Source: Anaerolineae bacterium
Lineage (GTDB): Bacteria; Chloroflexota; Anaerolineae; B4-G1; SLSP01
Assembly: GCA_049974845.1 (NCBI GenBank)
Contig: JBNGCP010000016.1
Location: forward strand, 1-54,453
Length of the DNA stretch: 54,453 bases
Direction of reading: 5' to 3'
Part shown: piece by piece, positions 18,231 to 27,041 of the stretch
How the letters are laid out: every line of letters begins with the position of its first letter
Numbering within the stretch: the first letter of the stretch is position 1
Program-made: the position numbers and the translations under genes
Notes under the pieces: model-generated
Databases searched by the model: none
The model's input: the letters and a program-made list of their open reading frames with translations, nothing else
Told to the model about the DNA's origin: nothing

Positions 18231-18264
18231 GTTTACGGGAGATACACGTCAGAACCTGTCATAT
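18231..18264 (-). promoter_or_regulatory. putative WYL-activated promoter (operator plus TAAACT -10)
   Basis: Minus strand atATGAC-aggttct-GACGT, then about 10 nt later TAAACT; same GAC-N7 architecture as the site at 14069. Confidence 0.6.
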
Positions 18265-18324
18265 TGTACCTGGTCAGGTGGCGTCAGCTGCGGGGATACG
18301 GAGGTGATGAGCATGACGCAGATG

Positions 18325-18353
18325 TTGTGCGGCCCCATCCATTATAGTACAAT
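18325..18353 (+). promoter_or_regulatory. sigma70 promoter driving the structured leader and glycosidase operon
   Basis: TTGTGC-N17-TACAAT. Confidence 0.55.
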
Positions 18354-18367
18354 TCGGTCCGTGCACA

Positions 18368-18585
18368 GCGAGATCCCGATAGGGGGCGTGTTTCGCGTTG
18401 GAAGCGACTTGTCGATCAGGCCCAGTACAGGCCGGGACAGGCTGGACTTTGCTCAACGCGAAACACGCCGTGGCAGTTTTGGCCCGCTTCGGGGCGGCGG
18501 GTATCAGGCAAGTTGGGCTAAAACTGCCCACTCTTGCTTCAGAGATGGAATGCACCCCCGATAGAGCGGGGATCTTTGACCTCGC
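18368..18585 (+). ncRNA. candidate structured RNA or leader element of unknown class
   Basis: 16-bp perfect stem 18385-18400/18454-18469; 14-bp stem 18472-18485/18515-18528 with one G-U; small hairpin ~18528-18548; closing helix agatccc/gggatct. Confidence 0.45.
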
Positions 18586-18679
18586 CTAGGGAACAGGCTT
18601 GTCGGAGTTGGGGTCGGCACTCACCGTTCTGTCTGTAGCCGCCCTCGGGGAGGGAGCTTTGACCGGAGAGGAACGTGCG

Positions 18680-20683
18680 ATGAGCGAATGGTGGCATTCG
18701 AACCAGTGGCGCCTAATCCAGACGAACCTGCGCGAGATCGACATGCTCGACATTGATGCCCAGCGCGTCGTGTCCGACCTGCAAGGGTTCGAGGCCAACG
18801 TGTTGATGATCAACGCGGCGGGCATCATCGCCAGCTATCCAACTAAGCTTCCCTTTCACTATCAGAGCCCCTACTTGAGAGGCGACAGCCTCCACGATAT
18901 CCTCGCTGCGTGCCACGAGGCTGGGATTCGTGTCATCGCCCGCACCGACTTCTCGAAGGTGCGGCGTCCCATCTACGAGCAACATCCGGATTGGGCCTAT
19001 GTAAGCCCGGAGGGCGACATCGTCGACTACAACGGCGACGTTCACGTCTGCATCAACGGACCCTATCAGCAGCACTATGCGCTGATGATCATCGAGGAGC
19101 TCCTGGACACGCACAGCTTTGACGGGATCTTCTTCAACATGGGCGGCTATCAGACCCGCGATTACAGCGGGAACGTCTATGGGCCCTGCCATTGCGCGCA
19201 CTGCCAGGCGCGATTCATGGAGATGTACGGTCTACGTCTGCCGGAAGAGGAGGATCTCGCGGATCCGATCTATCGCGCTTATCTCGAGTTCAAGTCCCGT
19301 ACCCTGGCGGCGCATCAGGAGAAGGTCTATCGCTTCATCACCGACCGTTGGCCACACGTGGCGATCGCCAACCATACGCAGTTCCGGCGCGGTTTCATCC
19401 GGCAGGAGTCAAACACGGCGATCGAGCGACCGCTACCGCACTGGCAGTACAGCGCCTCGGATAACACAAAGTGGGCGGTAGGGAGTTTCCCGGAGATGGT
19501 GTCGAGCAACACCACGGTTGACTTCATCGATTTCCCTTACCGGCACGTGGCCGTGTCGCCACACCAACAGGCTCTCAGGCTCGCGCAGAGTCTCGCCAAC
19601 GGTGGCGCCGTGGATTACTATCTCATCGGTCGGTTGGATAACCACGAGGACCGCTCGGGCTTCGAATCGATCAAGAAGATCTTCCACTATCACGCGGCGC
19701 ACGAGGAGACGTACGTGGGCGTGCATCCGAAGGCCTCGGTGATGCTCCTGAAGGCTGGGCTGAACCAGGACGAGTACCGGGGCTGGTTCCGCTTCCTCGT
19801 CGAGAACCACGTGCTCTTCGATGTGGTGCGCCTTGACGCCGCGCTGGATGTGTCGTGGGACGGCTACACGGTCATCGTCGTTCCGGGCGTGGACACGATG
19901 TCCGACGAACTGGCGGAGAGGCTCGACCGCTTCGTGGCTGCCGGAGGTACGCTGATTGTGACGGGTCGTTCGGGCTTCCAGGATCCTTTCCACAATCCCA
20001 GATCTGTGCCGGCGCTGGAGAGCCTCGGCATCGAGGAGGTGCTCACGATCCGCGACGATATGCGGTCGTCGTACCTTCGGTTTGTCGATAAGGATGGGTT
20101 CAGCCGGTTCGACGACACAGAGCTGGTCTACGTCGATGGCTTCTACGTCTACGCGCGTTACACCGAGGCTGCCGTGCGTCGAATGCAACTGATCCCGCCG
20201 CACAACTTCGGCCCGCCGGAGCGCTGCTACTACGACCTGATTGTTGATCGCCCAGCATTTGTGGTCCATCCCTTCGGCACGGGGCGCGCGATCTACGTGC
20301 CCTGGCTGCCCGGCGCGCTTTTCCACCGTCAGGGTCACCCCAACACGGCGTGGTTCTGCGCCGACCTGTTGGAGAACTTCGCCGGTGTCGAGCCGCTTGG
20401 CGGGGGCCTCTCGCCGCAGGTGGAGGCGGCGCTGCTCGAGGCGGACGATGGCAGCTACCAGCTACTCAGCCTGGTCAACGGCTCCGGTCATTTTGGTAAC
20501 AGCTTCTACGCGCCGGAGCCGATGACCGATGTGGAGGTCGTGCTGGGTTGTGTGCGCGAGCCCCGCTCGGTGGAGGGGCTCGTCGCAGGGGCTCCACTAT
20601 CCCACGTGTGGGAAGATGGCAGGCTCACGGTGCGCCTTCCCACGCTGGAGCTCTTTGAAGCGATCAAGATCACGCTATCCTAG
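18680..20683 (+). CDS. putative glycoside hydrolase (GHL6-like TIM barrel plus beta-galactosidase trimerization-like domain)
   Basis: WRLIQTNLREID, GGIIASYPT, RVIARTDFSK, FDGIFFN, CHCAHC, GGTLIVTG. Confidence 0.8.
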   Translation: MSEWWHSNQWRLIQTNLREIDMLDIDAQRVVSDLQGFEANVLMINAAGIIASYPTKLPFHYQSPYLRGDSLHDILAACHEAGIRVIARTDFSKVRRPIYEQHPDWAYVSPEGDIVDYNGDVHVCINGPYQQHYALMIIEELLDTHSFDGIFFNMGGYQTRDYSGNVYGPCHCAHCQARFMEMYGLRLPEEEDLADPIYRAYLEFKSRTLAAHQEKVYRFITDRWPHVAIANHTQFRRGFIRQESNTAIERPLPHWQYSASDNTKWAVGSFPEMVSSNTTVDFIDFPYRHVAVSPHQQALRLAQSLANGGAVDYYLIGRLDNHEDRSGFESIKKIFHYHAAHEETYVGVHPKASVMLLKAGLNQDEYRGWFRFLVENHVLFDVVRLDAALDVSWDGYTVIVVPGVDTMSDELAERLDRFVAAGGTLIVTGRSGFQDPFHNPRSVPALESLGIEEVLTIRDDMRSSYLRFVDKDGFSRFDDTELVYVDGFYVYARYTEAAVRRMQLIPPHNFGPPERCYYDLIVDRPAFVVHPFGTGRAIYVPWLPGALFHRQGHPNTAWFCADLLENFAGVEPLGGGLSPQVEAALLEADDGSYQLLSLVNGSGHFGNSFYAPEPMTDVEVVLGCVREPRSVEGLVAGAPLSHVWEDGRLTVRLPTLELFEAIKITLS

Positions 20684-20700
20684 GAGGTAAGCAAGCGACG

Positions 20701-21480
20701 ATGGTGAACATACGCTCGATGATGGACGTCGCGCCGACGGTCAGCCAGGTGCTTGGCCTACCGGCGCCGCGCGACGCAAAGGGCAGGGCGATCTCGGAGA
20801 TTGTGCGTGATCTCGATGGCGTTGAGCGGGTCGCCATCCTGGCGCCGGATGCCTTTGGCTGGTTTGCGTGGACGTTGTGGCAGGGCGAGATGCTCTTCTT
20901 ACGCTCTCTGCACGCGGATCACAGCTTGATCCTGCGGGCGGTGATGCCCTCGATCACGCCGGTGAACTTCTCGGCGATGGTGACGGGCACTGACCTTGAG
21001 GGGCACGGCGTGCGGAGCAAAGAGCAGGATTTCCAGTGCGAGACGCTCTTCGACGTGGTGCGACGTGCCGGCGGTCGGAGCGCGGCGATCGGGTTGGAGG
21101 GATACACCGGCAGCAAACTGCTTGCCCGCTATGCCGACATCGACGGGACCACCGAGCTGGGGACCGACGACGTGATCGCTGACAAGGTCATCGAGATTGC
21201 AGGCCAGGCGTGCCCGGACTTCGTCATCGCTCAGCTGGGCCGGGTTGACGACGTTTTCCACGCTTTTGGCCCGTCGTCGCCGGAGGTCGTTCCCATGCTT
21301 CGCGAGACAGATGCGCGGCTCGAACGGATGGCGCGGCACCTCAAGCCGTTGGGCTACGGCGTCATCATCCTGGCGGATCACGGGCAGCACGATATCGTCG
21401 ACGACCCCTCGACGACGCTCAAGGGCGGTCACGGGATGGACCGTGACGAGGACCGCCTGGTGCCCTGCACGTGGCTATGA
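20701..21480 (+). CDS. alkaline phosphatase superfamily (nucleotide pyrophosphatase/phosphodiesterase-like) protein
   Basis: PDAFG, PSITPVNFSAMVTG (Thr nucleophile), DDVFH, LADHG, GGHG. Confidence 0.8.
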   Translation: MVNIRSMMDVAPTVSQVLGLPAPRDAKGRAISEIVRDLDGVERVAILAPDAFGWFAWTLWQGEMLFLRSLHADHSLILRAVMPSITPVNFSAMVTGTDLEGHGVRSKEQDFQCETLFDVVRRAGGRSAAIGLEGYTGSKLLARYADIDGTTELGTDDVIADKVIEIAGQACPDFVIAQLGRVDDVFHAFGPSSPEVVPMLRETDARLERMARHLKPLGYGVIILADHGQHDIVDDPSTTLKGGHGMDRDEDRLVPCTWL

Positions 21481-22241
21481 CGCAGCAGATGGTCCTCGAT
21501 GCTCGCGAGAACATCTTCCACGGGGTCGTGGTGGATCCGGCAAGCCTGCCGCGCGATTCCGACAGATTTGCGGACCAACTGTGCTGCTCACTGGAGGCCT
21601 GGCGGGACGAGGGATACAAGGTTGCCTGGCTGGAGATCCCCATCGAGCGCGCGGCGCTGATCCCCGCGGCGGTGACGGCGGGTTTCGTCTTTCACCACAG
21701 CGAGCCAGATCACGTGGTGATGACGTGCCGTCTGGAGCCGGACGCGATGGTCCCGCTCCACCCGACGCACTACATCGGCGCCGGGGGGCTGGTGCTGAAC
21801 ACACGGCAGGAGTTGCTGGTGATCTGGGAGCGCGTGCATCGTCATCGTCGCCCGCACTACTACAAGCTGCCGGGCGGGGCGCTCAAGCCGGGCGAGCATC
21901 TCGTCGAGGGCGTGAAACGCGAGGTGTGGGAGGAGACGGGCATCGAGACACGGTTCCGAGCGCTGATGGGGTTTCGTCATTGGCACGGCTACCGCTTCGG
22001 GAAGTCTGACATCTACTTCATCTGTCGCCTCGATCCGCTGACCGAGGAGATTCGCATCCAGGAGTCGGAGATCCTGGAGGGTCGGTGGATGCCGGTGGCG
22101 GCTTTTCTGGGCCACGAGCAGGTGGGCGTGTTCAATAAGCGCATGGTGGCGGCGGCTCTGGAGGGGACCGGGCTGGTACCGGCATCGTTTGAGGGGTACG
22201 AGGTCAGCCCGGAGACGCACGAGATCTTTGTGCCGGAATAG
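21477..22241 (+). CDS. Nudix hydrolase, NUDT6/plant NUDT2-like with N-terminal extension
   Basis: Nudix box GGALKPGEHLVEGVKREVWEETG; GFVFHH, THYIGAGG, FRHWH, FGKSDIYF; ATGA coupling to the upstream gene. Confidence 0.9.
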   Translation: MTQQMVLDARENIFHGVVVDPASLPRDSDRFADQLCCSLEAWRDEGYKVAWLEIPIERAALIPAAVTAGFVFHHSEPDHVVMTCRLEPDAMVPLHPTHYIGAGGLVLNTRQELLVIWERVHRHRRPHYYKLPGGALKPGEHLVEGVKREVWEETGIETRFRALMGFRHWHGYRFGKSDIYFICRLDPLTEEIRIQESEILEGRWMPVAAFLGHEQVGVFNKRMVAAALEGTGLVPASFEGYEVSPETHEIFVPE

Positions 22242-22337
22242 GCCAGGTGCGATGCACCGGCTCCTGTCAACGGGGGGTGATCTGGCTGCCGGCCGAGTAG
22301 GCCCTGGATACGGTCCACCTGTGGCGTGAGGAGGCGT

Positions 22338-24896
22338 GTGGAAGATAGCGGTCCATCAGGTCGGTTTCCGTGGCCCCGCCCGCGGTGGTGGGCGCACCCG
22401 ATGCGCTGGGCGCAGCTTACGTTGGTCGAGAACGACCCGGCTGATTTCGACGTGTCGTTCTGGCTGGATACCTTCCGACGTATGCGGGCGCAGGGAGCTT
22501 GTTTGAGCGCCGGGGGGTACGTCGCCTACTATCCGACGGAGATTCGGCTCCACTATCGGAGCGCCTGGCTGAGCGATAGCGACCCTTTCGGCGCGTTGGT
22601 GGCGGGGTGTCGGGCGATGGGCATGGCGGTGCTGGCACGAACGGATCCACACGCCGTGCACGATGATGTCTATACTGCGCATCCCGACTGGATCGCCGTG
22701 GATGCGGAGGGGCAGCCTCGTCGCCACTGGTCGACGCCGGAGGCGTGGGTGACCTGCGCCTTAGGCCCCTACAACTTCGAGTTTATGACCGAGGTGCACA
22801 GGGAGATCGTGGCCCGTTACCGCGTCGACGGTATCTTCAGCAACCGCTGGGCGGGGCACGGCATCTGCTATTGCGAGCACTGCCGCCACAACTTCCGCGT
22901 AGCGACGGGGCTGGAGCTTCCGAGAACCCGAGACTTGGAGGACCCCAGCTGGCGTGCCTATATGGACTGGCGTCAGGAGCGGCTTTTCGCCCTGGCGGCA
23001 CGGTGGGATGCGGCGATCCGCGAGATCAGCCCGCACAGCTGCTACATCCCCAACTCGGGAGGTGGCGCGCTGAGCACGCTCGATATGACACGTCTGGCGG
23101 GGATGACGCCACTGCTCTTCGCCGACCGTCAGGCCCGCCATGGCATCCTGCCACCGTGGTCCAGCGGGAAGAACGCCAAGGAGTACCGCGCCGCTTTTGG
23201 GGACAAGCCTATCGGCGGCATCTTCAGCGTGGGGTTGGAGGAGGCCTATCGCTGGAAGGACTCGGTGCAGAGCGGGCCCGAGCTGCGGGTATGGGTCGCT
23301 GACGCGATCGCCAACGGCATGCGTCCCTGGTTCACGAAGTTCTCCGGTCGGATCTACGACGACCGCTGGTTAGGCGTCGTTGAGGAGATCTATAGGTGGC
23401 ACGCGCAGCACGAGCGTTACTGGCGCGACGCGGTGCCGGTAGCAGATGTCGGCGTCGTCTATTCACAGCAGACCGCAGCTTACTACGGAGGCGAGCGCGC
23501 GCAGGAGAGGGTCGAGGATCCCATTCTTGGCACCTATCAGGCCCTCATCGAGGCCCGGATTCCTTTCGAGATGGTGCACGACCGGTTGATGGATGCGGCC
23601 CACTTGGAGGGGCTCACGACCCTGGTGTTGCCCAACGTGGCGGCGCTCTCCGCCGCGCAGTGCGAGCAGCTGCGAGCCTTCGTGGCGCGCGGCGGCAACC
23701 TGGTGGCGACCTTGGAGACTTCGCTCTACAACGAAGTTGGGCGGCGACGGGACAACTTCGGCTTGGCGGATCTTTTTGGTGTCGATTTCGATGGTCAGGT
23801 GGAGGGGCCGCTGAAAAACGCCTATCTCTGGCTGGAGCACGACACCGAGACCGCTCCGGCCTTCCTCGCCGGGCTGGAGGACGCCCGGCGCATCATTTAC
23901 GGCGGCACGCGGGTTCACGTGAGAGCGCGGGAGGAGATGTTGTCGCCGCCGCTGACGCTGGTGCCGCCCTATCCCGACCTGCCTATGGAGGAGGTCTATC
24001 CGCGGGCAGCCCACACGACCATCCCTGGCGTGATCTGTCGTGAGCTGGAGGGAGGTGGACGAGTCGTCTACGTGCCGTGGGATCTGGCCCGTATCTTCTG
24101 GGAGGTGCTCAACGTCGACCACGGCAAGCTATTGGCAAACGCGGTGCGGTGGGCGAGCGGTGAGACGTTGCCGGTGACGGTGGAGGGGCCGGGCGTGCTC
24201 GACGTGACGCTATGGCAGCGACCTGATGCTCTGGTGCTGCATTTGGTCAACCTGACGAACCCGATGATGATGCGCGGCGCTCTCCGAGAGCTGTTGCCGG
24301 TGGGTCCGCAGCGGGTGCGGGCGCGGCTGCCTGCGGATACGGAGGTCTCCCGCGTCCATCTGCTCAAGGCTGAGCGTGACGTCGACTACAGGGTGGAGGG
24401 CGGCGTCGTCAGCCTGACGGTGCCGGAGGTGGTGGACCACGAGGTGGTAGCCATTGATCTGCGGGCGTCTGCCGACGTGGTATCGGGAGGAAGGATGAAT
24501 GAGGGGCAACGGTGGTACCACGGATCGCCGCTCAAGCTGACGGTGTTGCGCGCAGGAAGCACGATCACGCAGTGGCGCGATCTGGCGCGGGTCTTCTCGC
24601 ACAAGCCGGCGGTCGTCTCGGTGTCTGACGGCGACCCGGCAGAGGGCGAGCGGCAGATCCGGCACAATGGCGCGCGACCGGGGTATCTTTACGTCATCGA
24701 CGAGCCCGTGGGACCGGACGACGTCCAACCCCACCCGCGCACGACGATGGCGCCGGGCGACGAATGGCTGACGAATCGCGATCTGCGGCTGCGGTGCATC
24801 GCGGAGACGGCAGTGCAAGCGGAGGAGTTCCTTTCGGATGAGGAGATCGAGGCGCTGCGGCGTATACCGTCTGCCGATGACGGGCCAGCGGACTGA
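22338..24896 (+). CDS. GHL6-like putative glycoside hydrolase fused in frame to a C-terminal ART-like domain
   Basis: RWAQLTLVENDP, LARTDPHA, DGIFSNRW, CYCEHC and VLPNVAALS; hydrolase-like part ends HEVVAIDL, then an internal RBS+ATG at 24495 starts WYHGS.... Confidence 0.8.
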   Translation: MEDSGPSGRFPWPRPRWWAHPMRWAQLTLVENDPADFDVSFWLDTFRRMRAQGACLSAGGYVAYYPTEIRLHYRSAWLSDSDPFGALVAGCRAMGMAVLARTDPHAVHDDVYTAHPDWIAVDAEGQPRRHWSTPEAWVTCALGPYNFEFMTEVHREIVARYRVDGIFSNRWAGHGICYCEHCRHNFRVATGLELPRTRDLEDPSWRAYMDWRQERLFALAARWDAAIREISPHSCYIPNSGGGALSTLDMTRLAGMTPLLFADRQARHGILPPWSSGKNAKEYRAAFGDKPIGGIFSVGLEEAYRWKDSVQSGPELRVWVADAIANGMRPWFTKFSGRIYDDRWLGVVEEIYRWHAQHERYWRDAVPVADVGVVYSQQTAAYYGGERAQERVEDPILGTYQALIEARIPFEMVHDRLMDAAHLEGLTTLVLPNVAALSAAQCEQLRAFVARGGNLVATLETSLYNEVGRRRDNFGLADLFGVDFDGQVEGPLKNAYLWLEHDTETAPAFLAGLEDARRIIYGGTRVHVRAREEMLSPPLTLVPPYPDLPMEEVYPRAAHTTIPGVICRELEGGGRVVYVPWDLARIFWEVLNVDHGKLLANAVRWASGETLPVTVEGPGVLDVTLWQRPDALVLHLVNLTNPMMMRGALRELLPVGPQRVRARLPADTEVSRVHLLKAERDVDYRVEGGVVSLTVPEVVDHEVVAIDLRASADVVSGGRMNEGQRWYHGSPLKLTVLRAGSTITQWRDLARVFSHKPAVVSVSDGDPAEGERQIRHNGARPGYLYVIDEPVGPDDVQPHPRTTMAPGDEWLTNRDLRLRCIAETAVQAEEFLSDEEIEALRRIPSADDGPAD
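24495..24896 (+). CDS. putative stand-alone 133-aa protein, Arr/ADP-ribosyltransferase-like (internal start)
   Basis: GGGAGGAAGG RBS before ATG; WYHGS, GYLYVI and distal EW resemble ART-fold strands. Confidence 0.45.
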   Translation: MNEGQRWYHGSPLKLTVLRAGSTITQWRDLARVFSHKPAVVSVSDGDPAEGERQIRHNGARPGYLYVIDEPVGPDDVQPHPRTTMAPGDEWLTNRDLRLRCIAETAVQAEEFLSDEEIEALRRIPSADDGPAD

Positions 24897-25136
24897 GGCA
24901 TATCTCGACGCAGAGGCCCATCGACGGGCTTGCAGGAGGTTTCCACGGGAGAAGCGCATGAAGCTACGTAGGATACGCGATCATGCTGGGCATGATGGGA
25001 CGGAGTGGCGCCGCGGCTTGTGGAGATACACCTCCACTCTCGGTTATGCGCCAAGGCGATGCGCTAAGGCGCGTTGTCGCCATCGGTCGCTGTGGTACAC
25101 TCATCAAGATTACGGCGCTATCGTAGAGGTGGTGCG

Positions 25137-25686
25137 ACGAAGTACGGTATTTATGTCCCCAATTTCGGACCTTATGGTGAGGCAGCGGCCGTCGCTGATC
25201 TGGCGAGAGCCGCCGAGGACGCCGGCTGGGACGGCTTCTTCCTCTGGGATCACGTCGCGGGCTGGCCGCAGCCGGCGGTTGATCCCTGGGTGGCGCTCAC
25301 TGCGGCGGCGATGGTCACGACACGTCTGCGTCTGGAGACAACGGTGAAACCGCTGCCGCGCCGCCGTCCCTGGAAGTTGGCGCGCGAGACGGTCTATCTC
25401 GACAGGCTCTCAAGATGAACGTGCACAGCTCCAAGCAGCTATTGCCTACGTCGAGGACCACCGCGAGAGCGATGCGGTGCTCGACGTCGTTTGTACGGGC
25501 GTGACACCGCGTGACGATCCGGAGACAGTCACCGAGATCGTCGCTGCTTACGAACGGGTGGGTGCGACGTGGTGGCTGGAGGCGATTGCCCCGTATCGAT
25601 TCGGACAGGGATTTGAGGGTGAGTGGCCGGTGGCGTTGCTCCGTGAGCGGGTCCTTCAAGGGCCTCCGACGGATCGTACCGGCTAG
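25137..25686 (+). pseudogene. LLM-class flavin-dependent oxidoreductase remnant
   Basis: ACG sits in the start-codon position after GAGGTGG. KYGIYVPNFG...AEDAGWDGFFLWDH...DPWVAL...RRRPWKLARE...LDRLS runs into TGA; the C-terminus (GATWWLE...RVLQGPP) continues in another frame and the middle is missing. Confidence 0.8.
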
Positions 25687-25747
25687 ACACCCTTCGGCGG
25701 GCGTTGTATGGCGGGCACTATCTAGTGAAATATAAGGAGTGATACTG

Positions 25748-26863
25748 ATGAGTGAGTCATTGACGTTGCCGACAATCACGCTGGGCGCTACGGGTATTGA
25801 GGTCAGCCGCCTGTGTCTGGGAGGATTCCACCAGGTGGAGATCTCCTCTGAGATCGTGGATGATGTGGTCACGGCCTTTCTGGAGGTCGGGGGTAGCTAT
25901 ATCGAGACGGCGCGGAGCTACGGTGGGGGCGCCTCGGAGGAGAAGCTGGGGCGGGTGCTGGAAGGGCGGCGGGACCAGGTGGTTCTCGCCAGCAAGAGCG
26001 GCGCCAGGGATGCCGTCGGGATCTGGCGCGAGCTGGAGGCGAGCCTGAAAGCATTGCGCACGGATCACATCGAGTTTTACTTCTTCCACGGGGTCAACAC
26101 GCTGGAGGAGCTGGATACCATCACCGGACCGGGCGGTGCGATGGAGGCCTTGCTTGAGGCCAAGGAGGAAGGCTTGATCTCTGGAATGGGCTTCAGCAGC
26201 CACCGCCCGCCTCAGATGTACATGGAGGCTATCAAGCGCATTCCGCTGTCGGTGATCCTGATCTGGGATAACTACCTGGAGGAGCAGTGGATCCCCGAGA
26301 TTCAGAACGACGTCTATCCACTGGCCCGGGAGAAGGGCGTGGGCATCACGGCGATGAAGCCGTTGGCCGATGGTTTCCTCTATCAAGCGCCGGAGCTGGC
26401 CCTGCGCTATGCGTTGGGATCCGGCTCTGAGGTGCTGGTCTGCGGTATGAACCGGGTGGAGCATGTGAAGGAAGCGGCTCGGGCGCTGGCCAAGGGCCCG
26501 TTGAACGAGGAGGAGCGTGCGGCAGCGCTGCGGGATGCACCGGAGCTTGGGCGCTACGTTTGTCGTCAGTGCGGCGTCTGCTCGGAGGAGCTGATGGCGC
26601 TCTTCCGGCTGGAGGGCCACGTCGATCGGCAGATGATCGACTATCTGCCGCACGATCCCGCGGATTACGCGCTGCGATTGCGGCTCGCCGGTTGGTTCGA
26701 TCTTGCCGATATCGCCCGTGAGCGGTTTGCCGCGTCCGGATTGGATGCGAATGCGCTGCAGAGTGAAGCCGCGACCATCACCTGTCCCTACGGCATTGAC
26801 GTTGCCCGCAAGGCGAAGTTTGCGCTGGCCAAGCTGCAGGGTGAGAAACTGAGCGTCCTGTAG
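25748..26863 (+). CDS. aldo/keto reductase with C-terminal Cys motif
   Basis: LGATGIEVSRLCLG, IETARSYG, SEEKLG, LASKS, AMKPLADG, CRQCGVC...CPYG. Confidence 0.88.
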   Translation: MSESLTLPTITLGATGIEVSRLCLGGFHQVEISSEIVDDVVTAFLEVGGSYIETARSYGGGASEEKLGRVLEGRRDQVVLASKSGARDAVGIWRELEASLKALRTDHIEFYFFHGVNTLEELDTITGPGGAMEALLEAKEEGLISGMGFSSHRPPQMYMEAIKRIPLSVILIWDNYLEEQWIPEIQNDVYPLAREKGVGITAMKPLADGFLYQAPELALRYALGSGSEVLVCGMNRVEHVKEAARALAKGPLNEEERAAALRDAPELGRYVCRQCGVCSEELMALFRLEGHVDRQMIDYLPHDPADYALRLRLAGWFDLADIARERFAASGLDANALQSEAATITCPYGIDVARKAKFALAKLQGEKLSVL

Positions 26864-26890
26864 CACCATAACGTCGGCAAGCGTAACTCA

Positions 26891-26988
26891 TTCAGGATGC
26901 CGCGGCACCGGCGACGCGGCGTCACAATCCCTTTGCCGGGGTTGTGGCGCCGCGTGGTCGTGGACCTCGTACATAGCCGGACCATCCT
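26891..26988. repeat. intergenic long imperfect palindrome (REP-like)
   Basis: acgcggcgtcacaatccc / ggggttgtggcgccgcgt core, with outer caggatg / catcctg. Confidence 0.5.
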
Positions 26989-27041
26989 GTTTCGCACCAG
27001 CATCTCCCAAGTCGGCATCTGAGCCAAGGTATGGGTGACCC

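Noticed and set aside
18368-18585. tmRNA, 6S, retron msr-msd or IS110 bridge RNA
   Set aside because: No tRNA-like acceptor ends, not a single rod with a central bubble, and no reverse transcriptase or IS110 recombinase in the window.
18304-18589. Short ORFs (86, 63 and 93 aa) across the structured element
   Set aside because: No recognisable motifs, and they overlap long inverted repeats; more likely incidental, although 18304 does have a GGAGG upstream.
20701-20770. N-terminal DVAPT motif as a novel circular permutation
   Set aside because: Short NPP-like proteins commonly begin with this kind of helix, so it is not distinctive.
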